Origin: a bacterium
GTDB lineage: Bacteria > Hinthialibacterota > Hinthialibacteria > Hinthialibacterales > Hinthialibacteraceae
Direction of reading: 5' to 3'
NCBI GenBank assembly: GCA_963662285.2
Contig: CAXXMV010000002.1
Coordinates: forward strand, 1,664,001-1,728,000
DNA length: 64,000 nt
Below are positions 49,882-60,106 of this stretch, one piece after another (position 1 is the stretch's first letter; every line of letters begins with the position of its first letter). Below the pieces are notes generated by a model that was given only the letters and a program-made list of their open reading frames with translations, ran no database searches and was not told where the DNA came from. The translations under genes and the position numbers were made by a program.

Positions 49882-50592
49882 TTAAGCAGCCTTGGCGAAA
49901 TCACGCAAAGTACTTGTTTCAACTTTAACGCCGGGACCCATAGTTGTTGACAAATACATGCTTTTTATATAGGTGCCTTTAGCTGAAGTAGGTTTAGCTC
50001 GAATCAGAGTACGGATAACCATCTGTAAATTACCCATCAATTGATTCTCGTCAAATGACGCTTTGCCTACCGGAACATGAACTCCGCCGAATTTATTAGC
50101 GCGGTATTCGATACGGCCAGCCTTGAACTCTTCTACGGCTTTACCTATTTCGTTAGTAACCGTACCAGTCTTGGGGTTTGGCATCAGGCCGCGGGGACCA
50201 AGCACTTTACCCAATCGACCGACATGCCGCATCATATCAGGAGAAGCGATAGCTAGATCAAAATCCATAAATCCTTCGCTAATCTTTTTAGCCAGGTCTT
50301 CGCTTCCGACAACATCCGCGCCCGCTTCTTTGGCTTCAGTAGCCAGGTCGCCTTCGGCGAACACGGCAATTCTTACAGTTTTGCCGGTTCCATTAGGAAG
50401 CGATACTGTTCCGCGCAGCTGCTGATCTGCTTTTCTTGGATCAATTCCCAAATTAACCACTAATTCAACCGTCTCATCGAATTTGGCTGTGGCGCACTTT
50501 TTCACCAACTTGATAGCCTCATCCAGGTTATAAGCGGAAACTACATCCAGTCCTTCAATTGTCTTGTTAAAACGTTTGCCATGCTTGGGCAT
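49882..50592 (-). CDS. rplA: 50S ribosomal protein L1
   Basis: [26 protein letters not shown]. Confidence 0.98.
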   Translation of the reverse strand: MPKHGKRFNKTIEGLDVVSAYNLDEAIKLVKKCATAKFDETVELVVNLGIDPRKADQQLRGTVSLPNGTGKTVRIAVFAEGDLATEAKEAGADVVGSEDLAKKISEGFMDFDLAIASPDMMRHVGRLGKVLGPRGLMPNPKTGTVTNEIGKAVEEFKAGRIEYRANKFGGVHVPVGKASFDENQLMGNLQMVIRTLIRAKPTSAKGTYIKSMYLSTTMGPGVKVETSTLRDFAKAA

Positions 50593-51020
50593 CAGTCCAC
50601 TACCTCGATTCCCATAGATCGTGCGGTTCCAGCAATCATGTTGGCCGCATTACTAATGTCAAATGCGTTAAGATCTTCCATCTTCACTTTGGCTATTTCT
50701 TCACATTGCGCACGAGTCACCTTACCGACTTTTTTACGGTTAGGAACAGGGGAACCTTTAGCCAATTTAGCCGCTTTCTTGATCAGTACGGCTGCGGGAG
50801 GCGATTTGGTGATGAAAGTGAAGGAACGATCCTGATAAACGGTAATCACAACCGGAATAATCATCCCGGGCTGATCCTTGGTTCGTTCATTGAACTGCTT
50901 GCAAAAATCCATGATATTAATGCCATGCTGACCAAGAGCCGGGCCTACGGGCGGCGCTGGATTAGCCTGACCTGCTGGACACTGCAACTTGATGAGCGCC
51001 ATTACTTTTTTCGGGGGCAT
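50592..51020 (-). CDS. rplK: 50S ribosomal protein L11
   Basis: [19 protein letters not shown]. Confidence 0.98.
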   Translation of the reverse strand: MPPKKVMALIKLQCPAGQANPAPPVGPALGQHGINIMDFCKQFNERTKDQPGMIIPVVITVYQDRSFTFITKSPPAAVLIKKAAKLAKGSPVPNRKKVGKVTRAQCEEIAKVKMEDLNAFDISNAANMIAGTARSMGIEVVD

Positions 51021-51075
51021 ATTTCTTACTCCTATCCGTTTTTAATTAAACGGAGATCAAACGAATCATTATAGA

Positions 51076-51624
51076 TCAAACGGTTATTTTTTCCACCTGT
51101 AGAAAATCTAGTTCAACGGGCGTCGAGCGTCCCAGGATATCAACCATAACTTTCAAGCGACCACGTTCTTCATTAATCTCGGCTACATAACCTGTAAAAT
51201 TAAAGAACGGTCCTTCTATTACCTTCACCTGTTCGCTCACTTCAAACACAATTCTCGGACGGGGCCGGTCTTCGGTTTGACTCATATGCTCTTTTATATT
51301 TTTCACTTCATCTTCACTGAGCGGGATTGGCATACGTCCCGTCCCTACGAATCCGGTGACGCCAGGCGTATTCTTGATCAAAGCCCAGGTATCATCATCA
51401 TAATCCATCTCAACTATTATATAACCGGGAAAAATCTTCTGTGTGGAAATCGATTTTTTTCCGTCGCGTATCTCCACTACTTCTTCCGTTGGAATCATAA
51501 CTTGAGATATCTTTTCGCCCAGACCCTCCGAGCGAACAGTGGATTCGATGTTTTCTTTAACTTTATTCTCGAATCCGGAATATGTATGGACAACGTACCA
51601 ATGCATGATCATGTTTACTACCAT
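51076..51624 (-). CDS. nusG: Transcription termination/antitermination factor NusG
   Basis: WYVVHTYSG, FPGY, TPGVTGFVG, GRSTPVEL; true start may be 51612. Confidence 0.97.
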   Translation of the reverse strand: MVVNMIMHWYVVHTYSGFENKVKENIESTVRSEGLGEKISQVMIPTEEVVEIRDGKKSISTQKIFPGYIIVEMDYDDDTWALIKNTPGVTGFVGTGRMPIPLSEDEVKNIKEHMSQTEDRPRPRIVFEVSEQVKVIEGPFFNFTGYVAEINEERGRLKVMVDILGRSTPVELDFLQVEKITV

Positions 51625-51644
51625 TCATTACTAACGGATTTTTA

Positions 51645-51890
51645 TTAATATAATAAGTAAAGCCAATCACGAACAAACTTCATGACGATATCCCACAAGC
51701 CGCTATATACAGCGAAGATTACAACAGTAATCAGCACAACAACAGTTGAGTTATACACTTCATCTTTTGTTGGCCACGTTACTGTATCCAGTTCTGTGAG
51801 TACTCCAAACAAAAAACCGCCGAATTTTGATTCGACAAACTTGGTGCCCTTCACAGAGTCAATTATGCGTTTCAGCAGGCCTTCACCCAT
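51645..51890 (-). CDS. secE: Preprotein translocase subunit SecE
   Basis: EL..VTWPT motif plus one TM helix, upstream of nusG. Confidence 0.9.
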   Translation of the reverse strand: MGEGLLKRIIDSVKGTKFVESKFGGFLFGVLTELDTVTWPTKDEVYNSTVVVLITVVIFAVYSGLWDIVMKFVRDWLYLLY

Positions 51891-52210
51891 AATGCTGATC
51901 CTTCATACTATAATAATGTTGTATTTTTATATTTAATATATCTTGTTGATATTCAAACATTTAAATCTAATTTATTGCAAAAAAATATCCCCCTCTTCGG
52001 GGTCTAATTTCCAAATATTACTTGTAATCACCTATCCTGTCAATCCTGTCCAACCCTTTCCTGCCAAATTTAACCGGATATATCTCTATCAACTATATAT
52101 ACATATTTATTTTTTTCTATCATCTGGCTAGGATAAAATATTTTAATTCCAATCATTTGAGAAGATTATATTGAGCCACGCAAATGATTGAACAAATATA
52201 CAATATATAT

Positions 52211-52873
52211 TCAAGCAAGTCTTTCCATCTGACAAAGCCACGAATCAAATAAACCACATTCCCGCCTTATGGTTTTTAATCCTATCTCCAAAGCAGCCAT
52301 TGAGCCATATAACGGTTTTTCATAACCTGGATATATTTTCTTAATTCGTTTGCTTGGCGCGGTCTCTTTACTATCATTAATCTCTTCCGGTGATGTAAAT
52401 TGATCTCTAATATCCTGAAATTTAGCGGTTAAACCACGCTCGTTAATCCCTTCAGCAAATTTTTCCGCATCGCTAAAAAGAAGCCCCTCGAACTCATACA
52501 TCTGCACAAATGGAATGAAACGGCGCATCGCATTACCAAGTATCGGCTCAAGTTTTTCTTTCAATGCCGCGCAAATGCTATCAGATTTGTCCTCTATTGA
52601 TCTGCATTTTGCAGCCTCAACCTTACCGGGAAAATCCATCGGCAAACCGTAAAAATCAAAAAAGGTAGTACAATAAGAAGTTCTATCTTCCTTGATCCTT
52701 TTTTTTATATCGACATGCAACCGCTCAAAACTGACATCTCCACCTTTTTGCCCAGGTTTCCCGATCAAGGAAGGACGAATATCAATACTATGTGATAGTA
52801 ACTGAGGATAAATCAATTCTTTAACAAACATCTCCTCAGTTTGACCTTCGCAAATAACATGCACCCGAATCAT
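52211..52873 (-). CDS. DUF4276 family protein (TOPRIM-like, EG..EE motif)
   Basis: MIRVHVICEGQTEE, TTFFDFYG, YEFEGLLFSD, PEEIND..TAPSKRI; ATGA overlap with the ATPase. Confidence 0.8.
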   Translation of the reverse strand: MIRVHVICEGQTEEMFVKELIYPQLLSHSIDIRPSLIGKPGQKGGDVSFERLHVDIKKRIKEDRTSYCTTFFDFYGLPMDFPGKVEAAKCRSIEDKSDSICAALKEKLEPILGNAMRRFIPFVQMYEFEGLLFSDAEKFAEGINERGLTAKFQDIRDQFTSPEEINDSKETAPSKRIKKIYPGYEKPLYGSMAALEIGLKTIRRECGLFDSWLCQMERLA

Positions 52874-53979
52874 CTGCCGGGCCTCCCCCCCAATACATTC
52901 TTCTCCCACAACTCTCCAATGCTGTAGTCTTCCAGCCATTCCTTAAAATCTGCTTCATTGAGACGCTTAAACACTGAAGCGTCATCTTCTCTCTCCACTA
53001 CGATTAGATCATCAATTGAGAACTGGTTTAATAAAGGAACCGACTGGGTTGAAACAATAATCTGCATCCTTTGAGAATTTGAGCGCATCAGTGCGCCTAA
53101 CAGGGTGATAGCATAGGGATGAAGCCCCAATTCCGGTTCATCAATTACGATTGTTGAAGGAGGATTAGGTTGCAGCAACGCCGTAGCCAGACATATAAAA
53201 CGAATCGAACCATCCGACAGTTGACTAGGCCAGAACGGATAATCGCTATCCAGCTGCTTCCACAAAAGCCTGATTTGTTCCTCTCCACTGGGAAGCGCCT
53301 GCGGCCTCAACACAAAATCATCAAAAAAGGGAATCGCAAGCCGCACTGTTTTACGGATTTTCTGATAAAGATCAGGATATTTTTCTCTAAGAAGATAAAG
53401 AAATGCAGCGAGGTTTGATGCATCTGAACGCAAGTATGCATTATCATGTAAAGAACAAAGCCGCTTTACACCAGCAGTATCACTGGTGTCATGAAAATGA
53501 AATACCTTCCAACTTGAAATAGAACTATAACAATTCTCAGGGACTTTAACTAATGATTCTTCAGAGTTCTTTTTCAACAACATCGATTCTGATTTTCCCG
53601 AAGATAAAACCAATTTACAAGGAGTCTTTATGCCCTGATAAATAAAAGATTCATCAGCAAAAGTAAAACCATCTTCCGCAGTTGGTTCCAAGGAGAATTT
53701 ATATCCATTTTCTCCAAACTCCACCAAAGTTTCCAATCGTGGAGTTATTTTAACCCCATAAGTCAATATCCGATCAGCGCCGCCTTGCTTTTTGGTCCAT
53801 ACCTGCAAGCGCTGATCCATCATTTCACCAAGCATCTTAAAATAAGAAACAAAATTACTTTTTCCCACTCCATTGGCGCCAATAAGCGCATTCAGGTTCG
53901 ACAATTCGAGTTCATCCAAATCTCGAATTGACTTAAAACCTTTAATAGTAATTTTTTTAATAGGATTACTGTTTTCCAT
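52870..53979 (-). CDS. ABC-type (AAA_21/AAA_15-like) ATPase
   Basis: IKGFKSI, GANGVGKSN (Walker A), LSDGS signature, IDEPELGLHP, VSTQS. Confidence 0.9.
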   Translation of the reverse strand: MENSNPIKKITIKGFKSIRDLDELELSNLNALIGANGVGKSNFVSYFKMLGEMMDQRLQVWTKKQGGADRILTYGVKITPRLETLVEFGENGYKFSLEPTAEDGFTFADESFIYQGIKTPCKLVLSSGKSESMLLKKNSEESLVKVPENCYSSISSWKVFHFHDTSDTAGVKRLCSLHDNAYLRSDASNLAAFLYLLREKYPDLYQKIRKTVRLAIPFFDDFVLRPQALPSGEEQIRLLWKQLDSDYPFWPSQLSDGSIRFICLATALLQPNPPSTIVIDEPELGLHPYAITLLGALMRSNSQRMQIIVSTQSVPLLNQFSIDDLIVVEREDDASVFKRLNEADFKEWLEDYSIGELWEKNVLGGRPGR

Positions 53980-54055
53980 TAATTAATACCCAAAAAAAAT
54001 CTTGATATCACATTTATACATTAATTTATGTAAAAGTATACGCAGGCGCCAGCGA

Positions 54056-54164
54056 GTAGATGGGAAAAAGCAACAGCGTGTCCCATCGTATTTTCTGTTT
54101 GGCTTTTATGGCGCCTTGGGATATGAACCAGCCAGTAGGGTGGGTCACGCCTTACCGACCCACC
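54056..54164 (+). repeat. Two GTAG-REP elements
   Basis: GTAGATGGGAAAAAGCAACAGCGTGTCCCATC and GTAGGGTGGGTCACGCCTTACCGACCCACC. Confidence 0.6.
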
Positions 54165-54188
54165 AAAACCACCTACTTCGGATATTCT

Positions 54189-55232
54189 CTAGCAGAATTG
54201 TTTCAAAAATCGCACGTCGTTTTCGAAGAAGAGGCGGATGTCGTTGATCTGGTACTTGAGCATGGCGATGCGTTCGATGCCCACGCCGAAGGCGAAACCG
54301 CTGTATTTGGCGGGGTCGTAACCTACTGACTCAAAGACCGCAGGATCAACCATTCCGCAGCCCAGGATTTCTATCCAACCGGTGCCTTTGCAGATGCGGC
54401 AGTTGGGGTCCTCTCCCCGGCAGGCGAAGCATTCAATATCCATTTCGGCGCTGGGTTCGGTGAACGGGAAATAGGACGGACGAAAGCGAACGCCTATTTC
54501 AGGAGAAAAGAGACTATGAATCAGTTGTTCAAGCGTCCCGCGCAGGTCGCGGAAAGAGATATCGGTATCAACTACCAATCCCTCAATCTGGCTGAACATG
54601 GGTGAATGAGTAACGTCTGAATCACAGCGGTAAACCCGCCCTGGAGCGATCATGCGCAGAGGGGGTTGATGACTCTTCATGTATCGAACCTGAACCGGAG
54701 AGGTATGGGTGCGCAGAACGTGACCGCTTTTCATGAAGAAGGTGTCCTGCATATCCCGCGCCGGGTGATCTGGTGGAATATTCAACGCTTCAAAGTTGTA
54801 ATATTCCGTCTCGATCTCTGGTCCTTCAGAGATATCGTAACCCATGGAATAAAAAAGTTCTTCGATCTCCAGTTGGGTTTGGATCAAGGGATGAACCGCG
54901 CCGCTCTTATTCCAGGTTCCAGGCAGAGTAATATCCGTCTCATCCGCTTCAAGTTTGCGGGATGATTCGGCGCCTTTCAACTTGGCCTGAAATGAATCAT
55001 AAGCCTCTTCAAGAGCATCGGCGACCTGGTTGGCCAATTGGCCGATCACCGGGCGTTCTTCTTGAGAGAGTTTGCCCAATCCACGCAAAACCGCTTTTAC
55101 CTTGCCTTTTTTGCCAAGATAGAGGGTTTTCGCTTCATAAAGAGACTGTAGAGAATCCGCCTTGGCGAATTCACTTAGCCCTTGCTGCTTTGCTTCCTCG
55201 AGTTGAGCGCGGAGATCGGGTTGTTCAGTCAT
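54189..55232 (-). CDS. pheS: Phenylalanine--tRNA ligase alpha subunit
   Basis: HPARDMQDTF, LRTHTSPVQ, FRPSYFPFTEPS, GFAFG. Confidence 0.98.
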   Translation of the reverse strand: MTEQPDLRAQLEEAKQQGLSEFAKADSLQSLYEAKTLYLGKKGKVKAVLRGLGKLSQEERPVIGQLANQVADALEEAYDSFQAKLKGAESSRKLEADETDITLPGTWNKSGAVHPLIQTQLEIEELFYSMGYDISEGPEIETEYYNFEALNIPPDHPARDMQDTFFMKSGHVLRTHTSPVQVRYMKSHQPPLRMIAPGRVYRCDSDVTHSPMFSQIEGLVVDTDISFRDLRGTLEQLIHSLFSPEIGVRFRPSYFPFTEPSAEMDIECFACRGEDPNCRICKGTGWIEILGCGMVDPAVFESVGYDPAKYSGFAFGVGIERIAMLKYQINDIRLFFENDVRFLKQFC

Positions 55233-55308
55233 CGGTTCAACCTATACATGAAAAGTCCGCGACGTGCATCGCCGCGGGCTTCAGTTTTTACTTAAATAAA
55301 ACGGCGTC

Positions 55309-55665
55309 TTACGCTTCTTGTTGTTTTACGGCGTCGACCAGCTGATTAAATGAATCCATATCGCTAACCGCGAGATGAGCCAATTGCTTACGGTCAATCT
55401 CGATGCCTGATTTAATAAGGCCGCCCATGAAGACGCTATAAGAAGTGCCGGCCATTTTGGCGGCGGCGCTGATCCGTTGAATCCACAAACGGCGGAAATC
55501 GCGTTTACGGTTCCGGCGGTCGCGGTATGCGTATTGCAACGCTTTATGGACGCCATTACGGGCGGAGCGAATTAAGTTGCGACGTCCCTGACTTGAACCC
55601 TTCGCAGCTTTAAGAACTTTTTTTCTTCTGTTGCGTGATGCAACCTGACTAATTGCGCGTGGCAT
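55309..55665 (-). CDS. rplT: 50S ribosomal protein L20
   Basis: YAYRDRRNRKRDFRRLWI, IDRKQLA. Confidence 0.97.
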   Translation of the reverse strand: MPRAISQVASRNRRKKVLKAAKGSSQGRRNLIRSARNGVHKALQYAYRDRRNRKRDFRRLWIQRISAAAKMAGTSYSVFMGGLIKSGIEIDRKQLAHLAVSDMDSFNQLVDAVKQQEA

Positions 55666-55690
55666 TATCTATCAACCTCTCTTCATGCTA

Positions 55691-55894
55691 TTAAACAGCC
55701 AACATCCGACGTACACGCTTAACTTCCTGAGCGCAAACGATAGTTTGTTGACGCAAACGACGTTTTTGCTTTGTGGTTTTTCTTCTCCGAAGATGACTCA
55801 AATAGGCGCGTTCACGTTTGAACTTGCCGGTTTTGGTCTTGCGAAACCGCTTGGCGGCTCCACGGTTAGTTTTCATTTTATTCCCAGACGCCAT
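55691..55894 (-). CDS. rpmI: 50S ribosomal protein L35
   Basis: [12 protein letters not shown]; between infC and rplT. Confidence 0.95.
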   Translation of the reverse strand: MASGNKMKTNRGAAKRFRKTKTGKFKRERAYLSHLRRRKTTKQKRRLRQQTIVCAQEVKRVRRMLAV

Positions 55895-55896
55895 GA

Positions 55897-56646
55897 TTAC
55901 TCCTTATCCGATATAATATCTTTTCCAGTTTCGCCATTCGGCGTGGTATCTGCTATTACTGGTTTTGGTTCAACTTTTGATGCTTCTACTGCCGGTGCTT
56001 CTACGGCGGGTGTTGCTTCTGCCGGTCCTGCAACGCTAGAAATTGAGGATTCTTTAGACTCCTCTTTTTTCTTGCTGTCTTTTTCCATTTTTTTCTTCTG
56101 CACTGCTGTAAGAGGGGCGATTATCATATTCATAAAGCGGCCTTCCGTTCTGGGAGACTGCTCAACGACGCCATGTGATTCCAGATCTCTTATAACCCGT
56201 TCCAATACTACTCGCCCTAATTCTTTATGGGCATTCTCACGACCACGGAATTGTAATATAAATTTAACCTTATCGTCATGTTCAAGGAATTTTTTTGAAT
56301 GACTTATCTTGAATTCGTAATCGTGTTGATCAATACGAGGACGAAGCTTTATTTCCTTGACAATGATAAGTTTCTGTTTCTTTTTAGCTTCTTTTTGTTT
56401 CTTGGCCAATTCATATTTATAATGGCCATAATCCATAATGCGACATACGTGTGGTTTAGATTTGGCGCTGACTTCAACCAGATCCAACTCCGCATCTGTT
56501 GCCCGTTTTAGCGCTTCTTCAATCGTGATAACTCCTGAGTGTTCACCAGATGAATCAATCAGGCGAACCTCACGCTCTCGAATCAGTTCATTAACTCGGG
56601 TCATATCGCGGGGTGCTTCCCGCCTTAAATTGGATCGTTTTCTAAT
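55897..56646 (-). CDS. infC: Translation initiation factor IF-3, probable ATT start, with C-terminal extension
   Basis: [30 protein letters not shown]; in-frame ATT at 56646 follows GAGGAG and directly follows an in-frame TAA. Confidence 0.93.
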   Translation of the reverse strand: MRKRSNLRREAPRDMTRVNELIREREVRLIDSSGEHSGVITIEEALKRATDAELDLVEVSAKSKPHVCRIMDYGHYKYELAKKQKEAKKKQKLIIVKEIKLRPRIDQHDYEFKISHSKKFLEHDDKVKFILQFRGRENAHKELGRVVLERVIRDLESHGVVEQSPRTEGRFMNMIIAPLTAVQKKKMEKDSKKKEESKESSISSVAGPAEATPAVEAPAVEASKVEPKPVIADTTPNGETGKDIISDKE

Positions 56647-56701
56647 TTAAAATCACACTCCTCTCAGACTTTCCGTCCAGGATTAAAAAAACAATTTCAC
56701 A

Positions 56702-58612
56702 TTATATATCACTTTTGGGTATTGCTGTAACCGTTGCGATATGTTTGTAAGCATTTTCCAGGGTCATAACGCCCAAATCATTGCGTCCACGCTCACGAAC
56801 CGATACGGTATTATCATCGACTTCACGCTTGCCTGCAACCAGCATTACTGGCACTTTTTGCGCTTCCGCTTCGCGAATCTTGAAACCTATTTTCTCATTG
56901 CGTTGATCGATTTCGCAACGAACGCCATCCCTGCGCAATTGAACAATAATATCCTGCGCATAGGGTATTTGGTCATCTGTTATCGGGAGAACTTTAACTT
57001 GAACAGGAGCAAGCCAACCGGGAAACGCGCCTTTGTAATGTTCGATCAGGTTGCCCATAAACCGTTCCATCGATCCCAGCACGGTGCGGTGAATCATTAC
57101 AACCTGTTTTTTATCACCATTGGTATCAATATAATTGACATCGAAGCGTTCAGGAAGGTTAAAGTCAAGTTGGAAGGTCGGTCCCTGCCATGTGCGCCCC
57201 AATGCATCGAATAATTTAACATCTATTTTAGGGCCATAGAATACGCCGCCGCCTTCATCTAATTTCCAGGGCTTGCCTGTTTTTTCCAGGCAATCGCGCA
57301 ACGTATCAGTAGCATGATCCCACATTGCATCGGTTCCCAGCCATTTTTCCGGACGGGTGGCCAGGTACATTTCATACTCAAAACCGAAGGCTTTCATCAT
57401 GAAATCAGCCAAACGGATAACGCCGTTTATTTCGTCTTCCAGCTGGTCTGTAGTGCAAAAAATATGGGCGTCGTCCTGGGTGAAGCCCCGCACCCGCAAC
57501 AGGCCATGCAATGCTCCAGATCGTTCATAACGGTATACCGTGCCCAATTCGGCGTAGCGGATAGGCAGTTCACGGTAACTATGCAGGTGAGTCTTGAATA
57601 TCAGGATATGCCCGGGACAGTTCATCGGTTTGGCGTAATAATCATTGCCATCGATATCCATGGGCGAATACATATTTTCTTTATAATTTTCCAGATGCCC
57701 AGATTGCTCGAACAGATTGCCTTTCAGCAGGTGAGGGATATAAACCTGTTCGTATCCATGTTTATAATGTTCTTCACGCCAGAAATTTTCGATAACGCTT
57801 CTGATCCGGGCCCCTTGGGGATGCCAGAAAACCAGACCGGGACCGGCTTCTTCATGGATGCTGTATAAATCCAGTTCTCTACCGATTTTGCGGTGATCCC
57901 GTTCCTTCGCTTCTTCCAGTTTCTTCAGATGTTCCTTCAGTTCTTTGTTCGAAGCGGCGGCGGTGCCATAGATGCGCTGCAACATGGGGCGCTGCTCATC
58001 GCCGCGCCAATAGGCGCCGGCATTATGCAGAATCTTGAAATGCTTCAGGCAGCCGGTATTAGGAACATGCGGACCCCGGCACATATCAGTAAATTCGCCT
58101 TGTTTATAAAAACTGAAAGCCGAATCTTCAAAACCCTCAATCATCTCAATTTTGTAATCCTGGTTGCGTTCTTTGTAATAACTTATCGCGGCATCACGAT
58201 CCAGAGAATAGTGCTCAAGCGGGATGCGCTCTTTGACAAGTTCCTTCATCCGATTTTCTATTTTCTCTAAATCTTCTGGAGTGAAGGGTTTATCGACATC
58301 AAAATCGTAATAAAAACCGCTTTCGATAGCAGGACCAATAGCAAGTTTCGCTTCGGGAAACAATTCAAGAACAACCTGAGCCATCAAGTGAGCTGTGCTG
58401 TGATAGAGGATTTCCAGACCTTGAGGATCGCTGCTCAGCAGCCACTGCAACTCGCCGTCTTCTGACAAAGAAGAGTCTAAATCAATCGCAACGCCATTAA
58501 ACAATGCGGCGATTATGCCGTCAGGTTTTTTGGGTCTTGACTGTAGGATTTCTTTGACAACTGCCCCGGATGCAACCTCGATAGAATCGTCGCCAATTTT
58601 TATTTTTATCAC
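56702..58612 (-). CDS. thrS: Threonine--tRNA ligase
   Basis: HSTAHLMA, DMCRGPH, RDHRKIG, KPMNCPGH, RVRGFTQDD. Confidence 0.98.
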   Translation of the reverse strand: MIKIKIGDDSIEVASGAVVKEILQSRPKKPDGIIAALFNGVAIDLDSSLSEDGELQWLLSSDPQGLEILYHSTAHLMAQVVLELFPEAKLAIGPAIESGFYYDFDVDKPFTPEDLEKIENRMKELVKERIPLEHYSLDRDAAISYYKERNQDYKIEMIEGFEDSAFSFYKQGEFTDMCRGPHVPNTGCLKHFKILHNAGAYWRGDEQRPMLQRIYGTAAASNKELKEHLKKLEEAKERDHRKIGRELDLYSIHEEAGPGLVFWHPQGARIRSVIENFWREEHYKHGYEQVYIPHLLKGNLFEQSGHLENYKENMYSPMDIDGNDYYAKPMNCPGHILIFKTHLHSYRELPIRYAELGTVYRYERSGALHGLLRVRGFTQDDAHIFCTTDQLEDEINGVIRLADFMMKAFGFEYEMYLATRPEKWLGTDAMWDHATDTLRDCLEKTGKPWKLDEGGGVFYGPKIDVKLFDALGRTWQGPTFQLDFNLPERFDVNYIDTNGDKKQVVMIHRTVLGSMERFMGNLIEHYKGAFPGWLAPVQVKVLPITDDQIPYAQDIIVQLRRDGVRCEIDQRNEKIGFKIREAEAQKVPVMLVAGKREVDDNTVSVRERGRNDLGVMTLENAYKHIATVTAIPKSDI

Positions 58613-58938
58613 TTTTTTTATCCAATGAACCTGTTGCAGACATGATTTATTTCAATCATGAACCGTATTTGGTTTTACTTATAAACGTATACAAAAAAAA
58701 CTGGAATATTACTTTTTCTGATAATATTTCCAGCCAATATCATTATATATAATCGCTGTATTACCAGGTATTTATGGTAAGATATCCAGTCAAAATCCCA
58801 AAACGCGATAATTAGATTTATTCCGACCGGGCATCAATACTGGTCTTTATATGACCAGATATTCCACTGGTCGCTTTATGACCGGGTATTTATTGAAAAA
58901 CCCGCTTCTATTATAGAAACGGGGGAGATTGAGGTGCA

Positions 58939-59017
58939 TGGTGGGTCTTACTGGACTTGAACCAGTGACCTCTTGCATGTCAAGCAAGCACTCTAACCAA
59001 AACTGAGCTAAAGACCC
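58939..59017 (-). tRNA. tRNA-Val(GAC)
   Basis: Cloverleaf: GGGTCTT/AAGACCC acceptor, CTTGC-TTGACAT-GCAAG anticodon arm, TTCAAGT T-loop, encoded CCA. Confidence 0.96.
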
Positions 59018-59033
59018 ATAAACAGCAAAAAAA

Positions 59034-59061
59034 ATTATATCGGATTTGAACTTTTCGTCAA
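59034..59061 (-). promoter_or_regulatory. Sigma70 promoter for tRNA-Val/thrS
   Basis: TTGACG-N16-TATAAT just upstream of the tRNA. Confidence 0.75.
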
Positions 59062-59108
59062 CTCCTCAAACGCTTGGTATTGCTTAAAATAACAGATTAT
59101 CCTTAAGT

Positions 59109-59927
59109 TCATCCACTGGCGTCAAAGGAAGAGCCTTTTTGGGGAGCCGTATCCGGTTTGGAGAGATTTTGAGTTAATTCCCGTAACGATTGCATCAATT
59201 TTGTAAGAGAATCATAACTTAACGCATCATTTTCAAATGAATTCTCTGAAAAGAATGAGTCTGTAAGTTCATCAGCAGTGACTAAACCGTTGCCATCAAT
59301 ATCCAAGCGGTTAAAAAGGTCTTCATCTTTGCCCAACTCATTACGGGATAGAGCGCCGTCGCCATCGGAATCACTTGAACTAACAAAATCCTCAAAAGCT
59401 TTTTTGGCGATATTCCTCACGCTTTTATCTTCAGTTCCATCATCATTGGCGGCAAAAGCATTGTCTATTATTTTCTGCATCAATTGCGATTGAAGCGCCA
59501 GTTCGGGATTCTGCTCAATCAGGTCAGTTGCAAGTTCTTCAGCTGAGACCAGGCCGTCTCCATCTTGATCTACGCGTTGAAATGTTTCATCATCTCCACC
59601 GAATTCTTCTCTGGAAAGCAATCCGTCCCCATCATTATCGCGCCCTTCAACCAATTGATTCATCATATCTTCGAGCATAGTTTGAAGCGTATTTTTGGCG
59701 CCCGATGCATCCACCTTAAATAAACCTTCAAAATCGGTCTGATCGATTTGCCCATCCTGGTTGGCGTCGAGCATGGCGAATGCTTTGTCGTCTCCGCCGA
59801 ATTCATTACGACCGATGCCGCCGCTTGAATCTGCGTCGTATTTCTTTATTGATGAATAGGTTCGGGCAGCTATGTTCCTGCTCATTGCGGAAGCTGAACC
59901 ATCTGAGGAATTTATTCCATTAACCAT
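59109..59927 (-). CDS. EF-hand repeat calcium-binding protein
   Basis: Six DxDxDG..S/D..E/D loops in three pairs; start after AGGAGG. Confidence 0.85.
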   Translation of the reverse strand: MVNGINSSDGSASAMSRNIAARTYSSIKKYDADSSGGIGRNEFGGDDKAFAMLDANQDGQIDQTDFEGLFKVDASGAKNTLQTMLEDMMNQLVEGRDNDGDGLLSREEFGGDDETFQRVDQDGDGLVSAEELATDLIEQNPELALQSQLMQKIIDNAFAANDDGTEDKSVRNIAKKAFEDFVSSSDSDGDGALSRNELGKDEDLFNRLDIDGNGLVTADELTDSFFSENSFENDALSYDSLTKLMQSLRELTQNLSKPDTAPQKGSSFDASG

Positions 59928-60106
59928 CGCCCTTCCTCCTATTGAGAAAGATGGAATGCTAACCACTCTAGTACGTATATTTTCGCGCTATTTAGTTAAG
60001 GTGTAAACAGGTTTTATCAGATATTTGCTGCAGGGTTATATTTCATCATGTCCGACCGTTCATCCAATAGTATTTTTCCAGTAATATAAGATGAGGAGAA
60101 TAAAAA

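Noticed and set aside
51891-52210. tRNA-Trp or rpmG expected upstream of secE
   Set aside because: AT-rich spacer with no cloverleaf or L33-like ORF
59941-60060. Sigma28 promoter for the EF-hand gene
   Set aside because: Only weak partial matches; no GCCGATA box
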